Source of the DNA: Eledone cirrhosa
Taxonomy: Eukaryota
Direction: 5' to 3'
Assembly: GCA_964016885.1 (NCBI GenBank)
Contig: OZ024757.1
Coordinates: forward strand, 41,788,001 to 41,852,000
Length of the DNA stretch: 64,000 nucleotides
Shown here: positions 41,065 to 54,175 of the stretch, one piece after another
Numbering within the stretch: position 1 is the stretch's first letter
Layout: every line of letters starts with the position of its first letter
Made by a program: the position numbers and the translations under genes
Notes under the pieces: model-generated
Databases searched by the model: none
The model's input: the letters and a program-made list of their open reading frames with translations, nothing else
What the model was told of the DNA's origin: nothing

Positions 41065-41311
41065 CAATGATATTAAATAAATGGAAACTATATTTATAAA
41101 ACCATATTTATTCTATTATATATATTTCAAGGGTACCAAAATTTTGGTACCCTTGAAATATATATAATAGAATAAATATGGTTTTATAAATATAGTTTCC
41201 ATTTATTTAATATCATTGATATTATACTCCAGAATATCTGTCGAGTGCTCTGAATCAGTTATAAACATTTATATTTGTTGAATTACCAACAAATTGAATA
41301 TCCCTTCTGCT
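41065..41311. mobile_element. Family E element with perfect 154-bp palindrome (41065-41218)
   Basis: The palindrome centre 41141/41142 lies in the HHR stem II loop (gtaccaaaa/ttttggtac). Confidence 0.92.
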
Positions 41312-41579
41312 TATATATATATATATATCATCATCATCATCATCGTTTAACATCCATATTCCACGCTTATATATATATGTGTGTGTATGTATATATTCTC
41401 TTCCAAACATTGTCCATTGATAGCTCTGAAATATTAACAATGTTTCTTTGTCCAAAACTCAGGTGTACAAAGTGTTTGTGTGAAAAGCAAACACATACAT
41501 TGGCCAGCCACAAAATTCATTTTATTTGACCAATTTTCAAAGAACAACATTAAGTTAGTTTATATTTATTATTTAACTC

Positions 41580-41945
41580 ATAAGATAATACAATTTCAAA
41601 ATGGAGGTTCGAATATTTGGATTGTGATGCTGTGAATGTCCATTAGGGGGTGCTCATAGTATATATTTATTATTTCCTGTCTAAGATAAAACATTTTTCA
41701 AAATGGAGGTTCGAATATTTTGGACTGTGATGTTGTTAGTGTACATAAGGGGGTGCTTATGGTATATGTTTATTAATTCCTGTATAAGATAATAACATTT
41801 TCAAAATGGACTGTACAATATTTCTATTGTGATGCTGTGAATGTCCATAAGGGGGCGCTCATGGTATATATATTTATTATTTCCTGTACAAGATAATAGG
41901 ATTTCAAAATGGAGGTTTGAATATTTGTGATGCTGTAAATGTCGA
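41580..41945. repeat. Degenerate ~100-110-bp tandem repeat (~3.5 units)
   Basis: ttcaaaatggaggttcgaatattt...gtgatgctgt recurs. Confidence 0.8.
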
Positions 41946-42050
41946 TTATTTCTTCATAGATTTCAGAGCCCTTTGCTAATCTTTTACCTGCTTCAGTATT
42001 TCTTCTCTTTATCACCTTCTTCTGAACTTTCTTTCATTATACACTCTATG

Positions 42051-42096
<46 letters not shown>

Positions 42097-42207
42097 TATA
42101 TATATATGTGTGTATGTATACATCTTCATTTTAATGTCCACTTTCCCTGCTAGCAAATATCACACACTGATAGTTATACATATATATGTGTGTATATGTA
42201 TAAATAT

Positions 42208-42278
<71 letters not shown>

Positions 42279-42282
<4 letters not shown>

Positions 42283-42720
42283 GGCGCATGGCTTAGTGGT
42301 TAGAGCATTGGGCTTGAAATTGAAAGGTTGTGAGTTCAATTCTCAGACTGGGTGATGTGTTGTTTCCTTGAGCAAGACACTTTATTTCACATTGCTCCAG
42401 TTTACTCAGCTGTAGAAATGAGATGATAGGACTGGGGTCCCTATCATTCCACTGCAAAGCGGTTGTGGGGGTGCCACGGCAAAAAAAGCACCCAGCCCAC
42501 ACTGTAAAGTGGATGTGTAGGCGCCACGGAAAAAAAAGCACCCAGCACTCACTGTAAATGAGGTTGGTGTTAGGAAGGGCATCCAGCTGTAGAAATCAAG
42601 CCAGATCAGTTCCTGTATGAGCAAGACAAGGTCAGCCGACCAGACACTGTCCACAACAGGACAACTCGTCTAACCCATGCTAGCATGGAAGAACGGATGT
42701 AAAACGGTGATGATGATGAT
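42279..42720 (+). mobile_element. Full-length tRNA/CORE-like SINE with ~250-bp RTE-derived 3' tail
   Basis: A box TGGCTTAGTGG, B box GAGTTCAATTCTC, CCTTGAGCAAGACACTT. 42468-42720 matches the LINE 3' UTR at 37125-37371. Confidence 0.9.
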
Positions 42721-42782
42721 ATATATATATATCAACTTCACATTTTCCTCATTCTAGATATATATATAGAGAGATAGATATG

Positions 42783-42821
<39 letters not shown>

Positions 42822-43101
42822 CTGTATGTGTTCTCTTATGTCTATTTTAATAGGTTTTGATAAAGCAGGAAGGAATACCTGGACGGACTAAGCAACTCAA
42901 TGCTGAATAGATTTTATAACTGTCGCTATCATCCTACATATAGCTTGTATCAAACGGTCTACATAGAAATTACTACATATATATATTTATATCTATATAT
43001 AAATATATATATTAAGTGTTTCCCTAGGAAGGGTAAAGGAGAGTGCTCTATGTAAGCTACAGAGCTATTTAGTTATGTAATAGACAACATAAGACAATTA
43101 T

Positions 43102-43173
43102 TCCATTTACCAAAGGTTTCACGAAGACAGAGGAGCTCGACACAGACGTCTGAAATCGCTCATCAGAATCAGA
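43102..43173 (-). ncRNA. Hammerhead ribozyme motif (singleton family)
   Basis: tctgatt-CTGATGA-gcga..agac..gtct..tcgt-GAAA-cc(ttt)gg-TA-aatgga. Confidence 0.6.
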
Positions 43174-44139
43174 TTCACACTCCCAGAATGGGAGTGAGCG
43201 TGATTGTCTTTATTTTTAACATCAAAACAACATCAGTGAATGACTGTGGAATGGATGGGGGGGGGGAGAAAGAAAAAGAAAGAACAAGAAGGAAAAGAAA
43301 GGAGATGGAAAATAAAGGAAGAAAAAGAGGAAGAAGGAAAAGAAGATGAAGAAGAAGAAAGAAGGAAAGAATGACATACTGACATGCATGAAGAGATATC
43401 GATATGGATGAAGAGATATCGATATGGATGAAGAGATATCGACATGCATGAAGAATTTTTCCTTCATATTAAAATGACAGCTTCCATTTAACACGTCTTT
43501 ATTCTATGACAATTCTTCAGCACAAAACTTGAAGAAAACACTTCGAAACTACAAAATAGTTGGCAGAAACGTTGCATATCCTCCAGGAATAAAATAAAAT
43601 TAAAAAAAAACTATTGTTAAAAGAGTGGAGGTTGGGGAAGGGGGGTCATTTTTTTTTTTTTGTATCTCACATGAATTCCCATTTACCAGATGAATGATAT
43701 TCTGCAAATGTTGCACATTTTTATGTAGGACACTGTATAGAATAATAATAGTAGTAGTAGTAATAATAATAATAATAATAATAATGGTAAAAATAGTTGT
43801 AAAAATAGCAGTAGTAACAGTATATTAAAGCTTCAGAAAGGTTTCGGGAATTAAAATGTGGTTTTAGGGTATCTGGTTTTTATGATGTAAACTTCAATGT
43901 GTATGTGTCATAAAGAAATTTAATCGTGTATTTTTTTTAAAAAAAAGCATACATGAGCAGATTTAAATTTAAGAAAATACGTATCTTTAAGCATACATGT
44001 ATTACAAATGTAATGGAAGAGAATAGATGATGTGAGGCTGTGATAGACAGAGAGCGAGAGAGAGGGAGTGAGAGAGAGCTAGAGAGTGAGATAGACAGAG
44101 AAGCAGCTAGAGAGAGAATGGAGTAGTGATGCATGTATA

Positions 44140-44315
44140 GTATTAGTATCGGTAGAGGGTCGGACGCCATGCTTTCCAGCATAGTTATGTCCCTTTACGA
44201 TCTGAGTTCAAATCCCGCCGAGGTTGACTTTGCCTTTCATCCTTACGGGATCAATAAAATAAAGTACCAGTAATGCACTGGGTAATTGCTGGCCTTGTGC
44301 CTAAAGTAGAAACAA
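44140..44315 (+). mobile_element. Meta-domain-like SINE, followed by older degenerate copies to about 44635
   Basis: Matches 33768-33950. Confidence 0.8.
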
Positions 44316-44847
44316 GTATTATCATATTAGACATTTCAACATTCTTCCATTTGCAGATGTTGAATTGTTTAAACTCAGCAGAACATTCGACTAAATATGT
44401 TGGTATTCGTTGTATTCTGAGTTCAAATCCTGCTGAGGTCAACTTTTCCTTTCAAACTTTCAAGGTTGATAAAGGAATTACTAATCCTGAGGTTAAGATA
44501 GATTGTAGGAATTATCAAAGAGTTGTGGGCCTGATTACCTGATCCTATAGTGTGTCTGTTCCATCTCTATCCATTCTGAGTTCAAACCTTTCATCCTTTC
44601 GAGGTCGAAAAAAATACTACCAGTTTAGTACTGAGGCACACAGCCATACCTACTCCTCTAATAAATATACTTACATTGATTTACAATCACTGTTTATATT
44701 GGTTTTTCATATTTTATATATTTCATATATTTTATACATTCTCTCTTTCTCTCAATCTATATATATATACACACATATATAATGTATATATATATACATT
44801 CTATACATATATAAATATAAATGCACATATATATATAAATATTCACT

Positions 44848-44905
<58 letters not shown>

Positions 44906-45498
44906 CATATATATATATATATATATAATATTTTAATATAGAAGAGCTTCTACAGGAATAACTTATATATATATTATATATATATATATATATAGTGTTA
45001 TTTGTCTGCTGCTCATCTTGCAGTTTTCACACTTAATTTTTTCGTAATTCTTTAAGATATCTTTGGGGTTTTTTTCCTCATCTTTTAAAATTCTTTAGAA
45101 ATTCTTTTGAAGCTAAAAAAATTCATTCCGAAATTAGTTCCTGCAAAATTTAACAGATACCATATTTCTCACATTTGCCTGCCATTTTTAGGGGATTTTA
45201 TCTTTATATATTTATTATTATTATTATTATTATTATCACCATTGTTTATTTAGCGGGGTTTTTTTTGTTGTTGTTTCGTAGTGGGGATGAAGGAGGTGTT
45301 GTTATATATTTTCATATTCTCACGTGGATTTTCCTTGTTGAAAGTTTATATACATCTTTTGTAAATAATTGCTTGTTATATGCATGTATATATATATGTG
45401 TGCGTGTATATGTTTGTGAAAAATGCATTGTTTTTATATTATATATAGATAGAGATAGATACATAGATAGATATGTCTGTGTATATATGTATTTATGC

Positions 45499-45532
<34 letters not shown>

Positions 45533-45891
45533 TTACATATAAATACATACATATGTGTATATATATATATATGTGTGTGTGATTTAAGACAACAATTATA
45601 AATATGTTATGAGAAAACAGCAGATATAACAGGTGCTGCTCATTGGTGGAAATGTGTTACCATGGTTTCACCTCCTGACATTCTTGGTTCACCTCTTGCT
45701 TTGAATAGAAAACACATACACACGCACCTGTATACATATATACATACATACACATATACACATATATATATATGTACACATACGCATATATATATACAAA
45801 TATATATATATATATATACGTACACTCACGCATATATATATACAAATACATACTTACCCACACACACACACACACGTATATATATATATAT

Positions 45892-46060
45892 AAGTTTATC
45901 CTGGGTTCAATTGGGGGTAACCACAGTAAGTAAGGTACTCAATACAAAGCAGAATATAAATATTTAACATAGAAAAGGCTCCTACAGGACTAGAACTGTT
46001 TCATCCTAGTGATTTTTCCCGAAAAAAACAGTTCTAGGTCTGTAGAAGCCTTTTCTATAT
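45892..46060. mobile_element. Family B fold-back with HHR core deleted
   Basis: atagaaaaggct..ctagaactgttt / aaacagttctag..agccttttctat. Confidence 0.8.
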
Positions 46061-46091
46061 ATATATATATATAAATGAAATTTCATTTTTT

Positions 46092-46122
<31 letters not shown>

Positions 46123-46125
<3 letters not shown>

Positions 46126-46688
46126 AAAAAATGAAATTTCATTTCTCACTCTTAGTATGGCTGATACTTAAATATAAGTATGTATCCAAACATACATATA
46201 TGTATACCGATGTACAGAGGTATATATATATACATACATGCACACACATATATATGTATGTATGGGTTTACCGAACATTTATTATAATGCTCGGTTTGTT
46301 TGTAAACAAACATCCCGAATTAAGCCGTACAGTGTTCAGCAACCATCGTCGCCCTTTTGTTCAACACTGACAAAGGAACGATGAACTAGTTTCTAGCTTA
46401 TTAGCTGTCATCAGCACCATATACCTTCCTGTCAGTCGATTGAACGTTTGAAAGTATATACTTTCCTTATGCATATTAACGGCCGAGCAGCCTAATTTGC
46501 ATATTGAGTGAGTTAGTCGGCCAGGCGCATCGAAAACGATAAATGGAAAAAATGAAATTTCATTTCTCACTCTTAGTACGGCTGTTACTTAAATGTAAGT
46601 ATGTATACGTACATACATATATACATACAGACGTACAGTAGTATGTATATATATATATACATGCACACATATATATATATGTACGTAC
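46123..46688 (-). mobile_element. Family I: ~140-bp direct repeats (period 421 bp) flanking an HHR-bearing core
   Basis: 46123-46262 is similar to 46544-46688. HHR at 46380-46418. Confidence 0.7.
46380..46418 (-). ncRNA. Minimal type I hammerhead ribozyme motif
   Basis: ggtg-CTGATGA-cagct(aata)agcta-GAAA-ctag-TT-catc, with palindromic stem III ACTAGT. Confidence 0.75.
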
Positions 46689-47171
46689 CATCACCAACAC
46701 CATCACCACCACCACCACCATCACCACCACTACCACCACCATCACCACCACCACCACCACCATCACCACCACCTTTATCATCCCCCTCCCCCGCCTGTCT
46801 CAACCATTATTCTTTATTATTTTCACTCTCACCTCAACACCAAAGGCAACATTTTTTTTATTATTATTCTCTAATGTATTATTTTCATTACAAATTGTTT
46901 GTTTTGTTTTCAATGTTTCTGCCCCACCTCAACCTAACCCCAACCTAACCTACCCTCACCCCCCACCTAACCTACCCTCACCCCAACCTAACACCAACCT
47001 TAACCCTCACTCTAACCCCTACACTTTTTTTTTATACCTTTTATCTTTTATCTGTTCCCCTAAGGTTTTTATTTTAACAATTTTTTTTAATAATTTTATT
47101 TCATCTTTGTCAAATTATAAAGTCCATTATTTTAGATACTAATTACTAATTCACAGCCACCAAAATATAAA

Positions 47172-47212
<41 letters not shown>

Positions 47213-47365
47213 TCATCATCATCATCATCATTTTACGTCCGCTTCTCCCTGCTTGCAAAGGTGGGAAAGGTCCTATTCAGCACACCATCTCTCCAGCAAT
47301 CTAACGTCTGCTCTCACCACCTCCGCCCATGTTTTTCGTGGTCTTCCTCTACTGCGTCTTCCTTC

Positions 47366-47396
<31 letters not shown>

Positions 47397-48091
47397 GTGG
47401 TGATGGTGTGTGGCTGAGTGGTTAGAGATTTGGATTCGCAATTGTGAGGTTGTGAGTTTGATCCCCAAACCAAGCAATGTGTTAGGTCCTTATTTGCACC
47501 ACACCATTCCACATCACTCCACTCCACATCACACCACTCCACACTACGCTACGCTACACTACACAACAGCACACCACACCACACCACACTGCACCACAGC
47601 ACACATCACTACACTACACCACAACACACCACACCATTCCACACTACTCCGTGCTACACCACTCCACACTACACCACACCACCACTCCAACAACCCACCC
47701 ATGATACCAAACCAACATATTAAATTTATTGACGTGTGGACAGTTGCTTATGAAAAGTTGTATCTTCTATTTTCAGTATCAGTAAGATGTGACTATTAAC
47801 TGCCAAATATGTGAGTACCTTCATATTTCATATGGTTGACAATAGAAAATAGTGTTTACACTTCATCGCTTTCAGGAATTGATTGAAACAAATGAAATAT
47901 CTGCTGCCTGAAATATGGTTTCTTTAAATATAGATTAGAGACGGGTATAACCTATGAAATATTGATTATTCATATGAATGTGTGTGTATGTATATATATA
48001 TATGAAAATATATATATATATATATATTTAAATGTATATACATATATATATGTCTACATATGAAGATATATATATACACACATATATCGAG

Positions 48092-48222
48092 TGTTTCTGA
48101 AGAAAATGGCCGATTTAACAGGGATTTTGAGACTAGAAATAGGGTGTAACTTAACTACTACCATGTTAGTCAATATATTGATCTCCACCAATCTATTGAT
48201 CCTCTGAAACGATCGTAAAACA
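48092..48222 (+). ncRNA. Hammerhead motif with ~100-nt stem II region
   Basis: tgttt-CTGAAGA-...cctct-GAAA-cgatcg-TA-aaaca. Stem III is the palindrome ACGATCGT; the base of stem II is poorly paired. Confidence 0.6.
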
Positions 48223-48274
48223 TTTAACTAACTCTCTACCTACATCTTTCTGTTTTTAGTGTTCAAACACACAT

Positions 48275-48308
<34 letters not shown>

Positions 48309-49454
48309 GATCATCATCATCGTGGAAGATGGACGTTAAATAATGATGATATATATATATGTCTGTATGTGTATATATATCATCATCATCATCATCGTTT
48401 AACGTCCATCTTCCACGCTTGCATGGGTTTGGACGGGAATTTTCCCACTTGAGGCCAGATTGGTTGTCCTGCTCGTGTAGGACTGTCTGGAGGGTTTTCT
48501 TCAGCTGGATGCCGCCCTTCCTAACACCAACCACGTTTACAGTGTGGACTGGGAGGTTTTTACCGTGTTACCTCCACGGCCACATTACAGCGTGGACTGT
48601 GTGTTTTTTTGTCGTGACACCTACACGACCTCATTTGTTTCGGACTGGATGTTGTGGTACCAACATAACTTTACATTGAAAGGGGGTGGTGTAGATGGGG
48701 GTGGGGGTAATGGGACGGGGGTGTATTTTGTATATATATATGCTAGTGTGGAAAATGGACTTTAAACGAAGATGATATACATACATATGTCAGCTGTTAT
48801 CGTGTATTGTGCTGATTTGTATAAATGTTTAAACAGTTCTGCTTCACTGAGTTCCCCAAATTGTGATATGCTGCACGTATATACATATATAATGAGAAAT
48901 GAGATAGATGTATATGTAATATGTATGTAGCTTGAATGTATGTTAGTGTATATATAAATGTGTGTGTGAGTGTATATATATGTGTGTGTGTGCATGCCAG
49001 TATATCTATTTGTATTATGTATTATATACATGTGTGTATGTATGAATATGTATAGGTGTATATATATATATATATAGGTGTATATATATATATATATGTA
49101 TGTATATATATATGTATGTATATACACACATATATACACACCTTTCTGTAACTATGTTAATCATTGAGGCATGTACACTCACTTGTGAATACTAAATGCA
49201 TATTTGTATATATTTATATATATATATACATATCCGTGTGTGTGTGTATGATTATCATGTGTGTTTAATTATTACACTACTTATAGTTTTCTGTAATGCG
49301 ATGCTTACTGACACACATACACATATATACACACACTCACACACACATATACACACCTGCGTGTTAGTGTGTGTACATAGAAATTAAAAATATAGGTGTG
49401 ATAAATAAAAACTTGACAGATGGATAAATATGCATACATATGTGTATATATATG

Positions 49455-49527
<73 letters not shown>

Positions 49528-49528
49528 G

Positions 49529-49637
<109 letters not shown>

Positions 49638-49829
49638 AAGAGGCATATGTTAGAAACATACATAAACAAATAAATAGATAGATAGATAGATAGAGAGAGA
49701 GAGGGGGGGGGGGAGATATAGACAGACAGACAGACAGACAGATAGATAGATAGATAGATAGATACACTGGTAGATAGATAGATAGATAGAGTGAGAGAGG
49801 AGGGGGAGATATAGATAGACAGATAGATA

Positions 49830-50138
49830 AAAAAATTTATTAGCCACAAGGGCACAAAAGAAGGGGACAAATACAAATGGGGAGTTTACATACAGGTATA
49901 TGAAAATAAAACTATTAATACAATAACAAATAACAATTGAAATCCCCAATAGGGGGGAGGTGTTACGCAGGGGTGGTACACACCCCGAAAAAATGTACAA
50001 CCCTCATCTCCAGGAGCACCAAGAGTGAGTACTCCCTTCCTCTTTTTCCTCAACTTACAGGCTTATAGAGAGAGAAGGCCCAACCACTCGGGCCATCTTT
50101 GCAGCATTCACCCACCTTTTATAAAATTTGCTGGGAGA
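49830..50138 (-). mobile_element. 3' end of an L1/Tx1-like LINE in a (GATA)/(GA) microsatellite
   Basis: Minus translation LSPSKFYKRWVNAAKMARVVGPSLSISL* (F-x-K-R-W end), then a 3' UTR with AATAAA running into (TCTA)n. Confidence 0.5.
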
Positions 50139-50154
50139 GATATAGACAGATAGA

Positions 50155-50194
<40 letters not shown>

Positions 50195-50422
50195 AGAGAT
50201 TATTGAATTTCTGTACAGATATAAATCAATGATATTATTAGGAAAGCAATTACAATCATTAAAAGTTCATCTGAGGCAGTCATTTGCTCAATATTAATGG
50301 AGTCTCAGGAGATTGAAGACATGGAGGTGTCAGCACTGAGAAACTCTACAAGACTTTTATTGAGAGAGCTGTTATGTAGTATTATATACATAGATGTGTG
50401 TGTATATATAGGTGTGTGTATA

Positions 50423-50466
<44 letters not shown>

Positions 50467-50568
50467 TATATATATATGTATGTGTGTGGATGTATACATA
50501 TATGAATGTGTATATATATGTATACATATATGTGTGTGTAGATATATATATATATATTTACATAGTGC

Positions 50569-50600
<32 letters not shown>

Positions 50601-50677
50601 ATGTATACATATATGAATGTGTATATATATGTATACATATATGTGTGTGTAGATATATATATATATTTACATAGTGC

Positions 50678-50709
<32 letters not shown>

Positions 50710-51086
50710 ATGTATACATATATGTATGTGTATATATATGTATACATATGTGTGTGTAGATATATATATATATATTTACATATATACATATATATATACA
50801 GATATATAGAGACATACATATATATATACACACATACAGAGATATATATGTGCTTATTCAGATACACAGAGACATTAACACATATATACAGTCTTTTATT
50901 GAGTGAGCTATTACATAGAGAGACACACACATATATATATCATCATATGTATATATATGTATATATATATATACATATACAGACACACTCAGACATACAC
51001 ACAGAGTTGTACAGACAGAGAGACACATACATATATGTAGACAGACACACATATATATATATATATATAAATATAGACTGATACAG

Positions 51087-51121
<35 letters not shown>

Positions 51122-51132
51122 GACAGATAGAG

Positions 51133-51176
<44 letters not shown>

Positions 51177-51184
51177 TGATACAA

Positions 51185-51223
<39 letters not shown>

Positions 51224-51234
51224 GACTGATACAA

Positions 51235-51282
<48 letters not shown>

Positions 51283-51290
51283 TGATACAA

Positions 51291-51338
<48 letters not shown>

Positions 51339-51346
51339 TGATACAA

Positions 51347-51377
<31 letters not shown>

Positions 51378-51983
51378 GACTGATACAAACACACACACAC
51401 ACACATACAGACATATACAGGCACATACACAAACTTATAGACACAGTCATCATCATCATTGTTTAGCATCCATTTTCATGCTAGCATGGGTAGTATGGGC
51501 TGTCCTGCTATGTTAGATCCAGGTGAAAGGACTCACAGGGAACTGATTTGGGCTTGGTTTCTACAGCTGGATGTCCTTCCTAACACCAACCTCATTTACA
51601 GTGAGTACTGGGTGCTTTTGCCATGATACCCACGCTCACATTACTGTGTGGACTGGGTGCTTTTGTCATGGCACCTACACGACCACATTACAGTGAGTAC
51701 TGGGTGCTTTTTGTTTTGTCCCCAACACAACCACTTTACAGTGTGGACTGGGTACTTTTTGTCATATAATATCAAAAATCCTTTAAGATCTGAAAGACTC
51801 TTCCGAATTATTTTATTAGTTATATATATATGTATGTGTGAGTGTGTGAATGTGTATATGTATGTGTGAGTGTGTGAATGCGTATATGTAAGTGTATATA
51901 TATATATATATGTGTGTGAGTGTGTGTGTGTGTATATGTATATGTAAGTGTAAGTGTATATATATATATGTATATATATACAC

Positions 51984-52058
<75 letters not shown>

Positions 52059-52255
52059 GGTATAAAGTGTGTCAGATCAGTTCAATTGTGTTGAAATGGT
52101 TAAAAAGTTTATATGTAATCAATTTTATTGTCGTGTGGGAAATTAACAATCTCTCTCCCAGAGTTAAAATGTTGGGTTTTACAATTGTGACTGAAAATAA
52201 CACAATACATAGTCATATACATTACAAGCATGTGTATATATGTATATATATACAT

Positions 52256-52313
<58 letters not shown>

Positions 52314-52817
52314 CAGAGATACATACTCACAAATACATATTCACATATACATACAGATCTGTACACATATAAACATATATATACATACATTTACACATTC
52401 ATACATATGCATATACATACATTCATGCATATACACTTATGTACATACATGTATATATAGATACATACACACACATATATACCTACATACATACACGTAC
52501 ATATGCACATATCCTATAAAAGGATTAAACATTTTTAAAAATATAATTTGACAGTGTGTAATATAATTTAACTGTTGATAATATAATTACTCTGCAATAA
52601 TGCTAATATAATAATTTTGATCTGACTCAATAATTTGATTTTAAAACCAAGTTTCGATAAAAATTTTCCATTTTGCTTTGAGCATATTTCTGAACGAGAG
52701 CAGAAAACGAAAGAATTTCATAATTTTCATTGGTAAATTCTAAAAATAATGTTTATCTTTTTGTTGTCATCCATTGTTGCTTCACAAAATTGGATAAATT
52801 TCTCTTCTTCTCACACT

Positions 52818-53062
52818 TATTCCTGAGAGGGATGAAGGTCGTGGGAAGGTAAAGTCCTCAAACAGTCTTTCCAGCAAGTCCTGTCAAAAGCAATCATCTC
52901 CAACTGATCCGGCTGGATCTCCAAGTGAGACCAGCCAAGCCCATGGATGTTATCCAACCATCTTGCTTGGGGTCTACCCCTGGGTCTCCTACCTGTTGGT
53001 TTTGCCTGTAAAATCTGTCCAGCGGTTCTTTCCTGAGACATTCTAGCCATATGTTCATTTCT
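52818..53062 (-). pseudogene. Non-LTR retrotransposon ORF2 C-terminal fragment
   Basis: HMARMSQERTAGQILQAKPTGRRPRGRPQARWLDNI...DRTCWK. Confidence 0.75.
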
Positions 53063-53938
53063 CTCTCTTGAATAATAATAATAATAAACTAGTTTCTGTG
53101 GCATTGAATAAATATGTTTCAAGTTTGTCTCAAGACCAGAGACTCATCAAACAGGTGATTTCCATGGCATGAAGCCACTGGTAGTACAAGACATCCCCTG
53201 GATAGGACACCAGTCCATTGCAGAATTAAACTCACAGCTACTGCTGGTAATTATCCCGGGTTTCTGTGATGTGAAGCAACTGAGAGTACAAGACTCCCCC
53301 ATGGACAGGATGTCAGTCCATCACAGGGTTAAACTCACAGCTACTGCTGCTACTTATCCCAGTTTACATGGCATGAAGCAACTTAGAGTACAAGACTTCC
53401 CACTGGACAGGACACCAGTCGTTTTGCAGCATTAAAACCTGCAGATATAGCTGGTACTCATTTTTCAGCTGAGTATGTTTTGCCCAAGAACACATACCCC
53501 AGTCCAGGAATCAAACTCATGACATTAAATCGTAAGACCAACACCCTTACCACAATTCCAGGAATTGAACTCACAACATTATAATGATAAAGCCAACACC
53601 TTTACCACTAAGCCATGTACCTGTACATAATAAATATATGGTCAGTTTCTAAATGTAAAGCTTGGCAGATTCTTCTGCAAAAATAATATCAAGCAGAACA
53701 AAGAGAATTATCCGATGTTCGGTATTTGCCGATGGTAATTGTTCCATCTCGATACTGTCGATAGTATTGATGCCTCTCACGATATGGTTTGTTTAGCATC
53801 GATTTTTCTAAGAAGATATGAAGACATTATCATTATCAGAGTCTTATCAAATGGATCAGCGATTCTGAAGAATTCAATTGGCTTTTAGCTCCAAGCCAAC
53901 ACTGTGTAGAACGGTTAGTAATTTATTGGCTGCGAACC

Positions 53939-54012
<74 letters not shown>

Positions 54013-54175
54013 TGGGTGGGTGTGTATATATAAATATATATATACACACATATATATATTTATATATATAGGTATATATTTATATATCTATATATATATA
54101 TATATATACTTATGTAACTTGGTTAAGATGCGCTATCTAATTAGTTACTTCAACAATCTATTTCCGTCGAATTAT

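Noticed and set aside
42281-42350. tRNA gene
   Set aside because: A/B boxes are present but there is no cloverleaf, and it continues into a SINE body. It is a SINE head.
43529-43566. TTGAAGA...GAAA-cta/tag-TT hammerhead-like string
   Set aside because: Stems I and II do not pair and the core is non-canonical. Likely chance.
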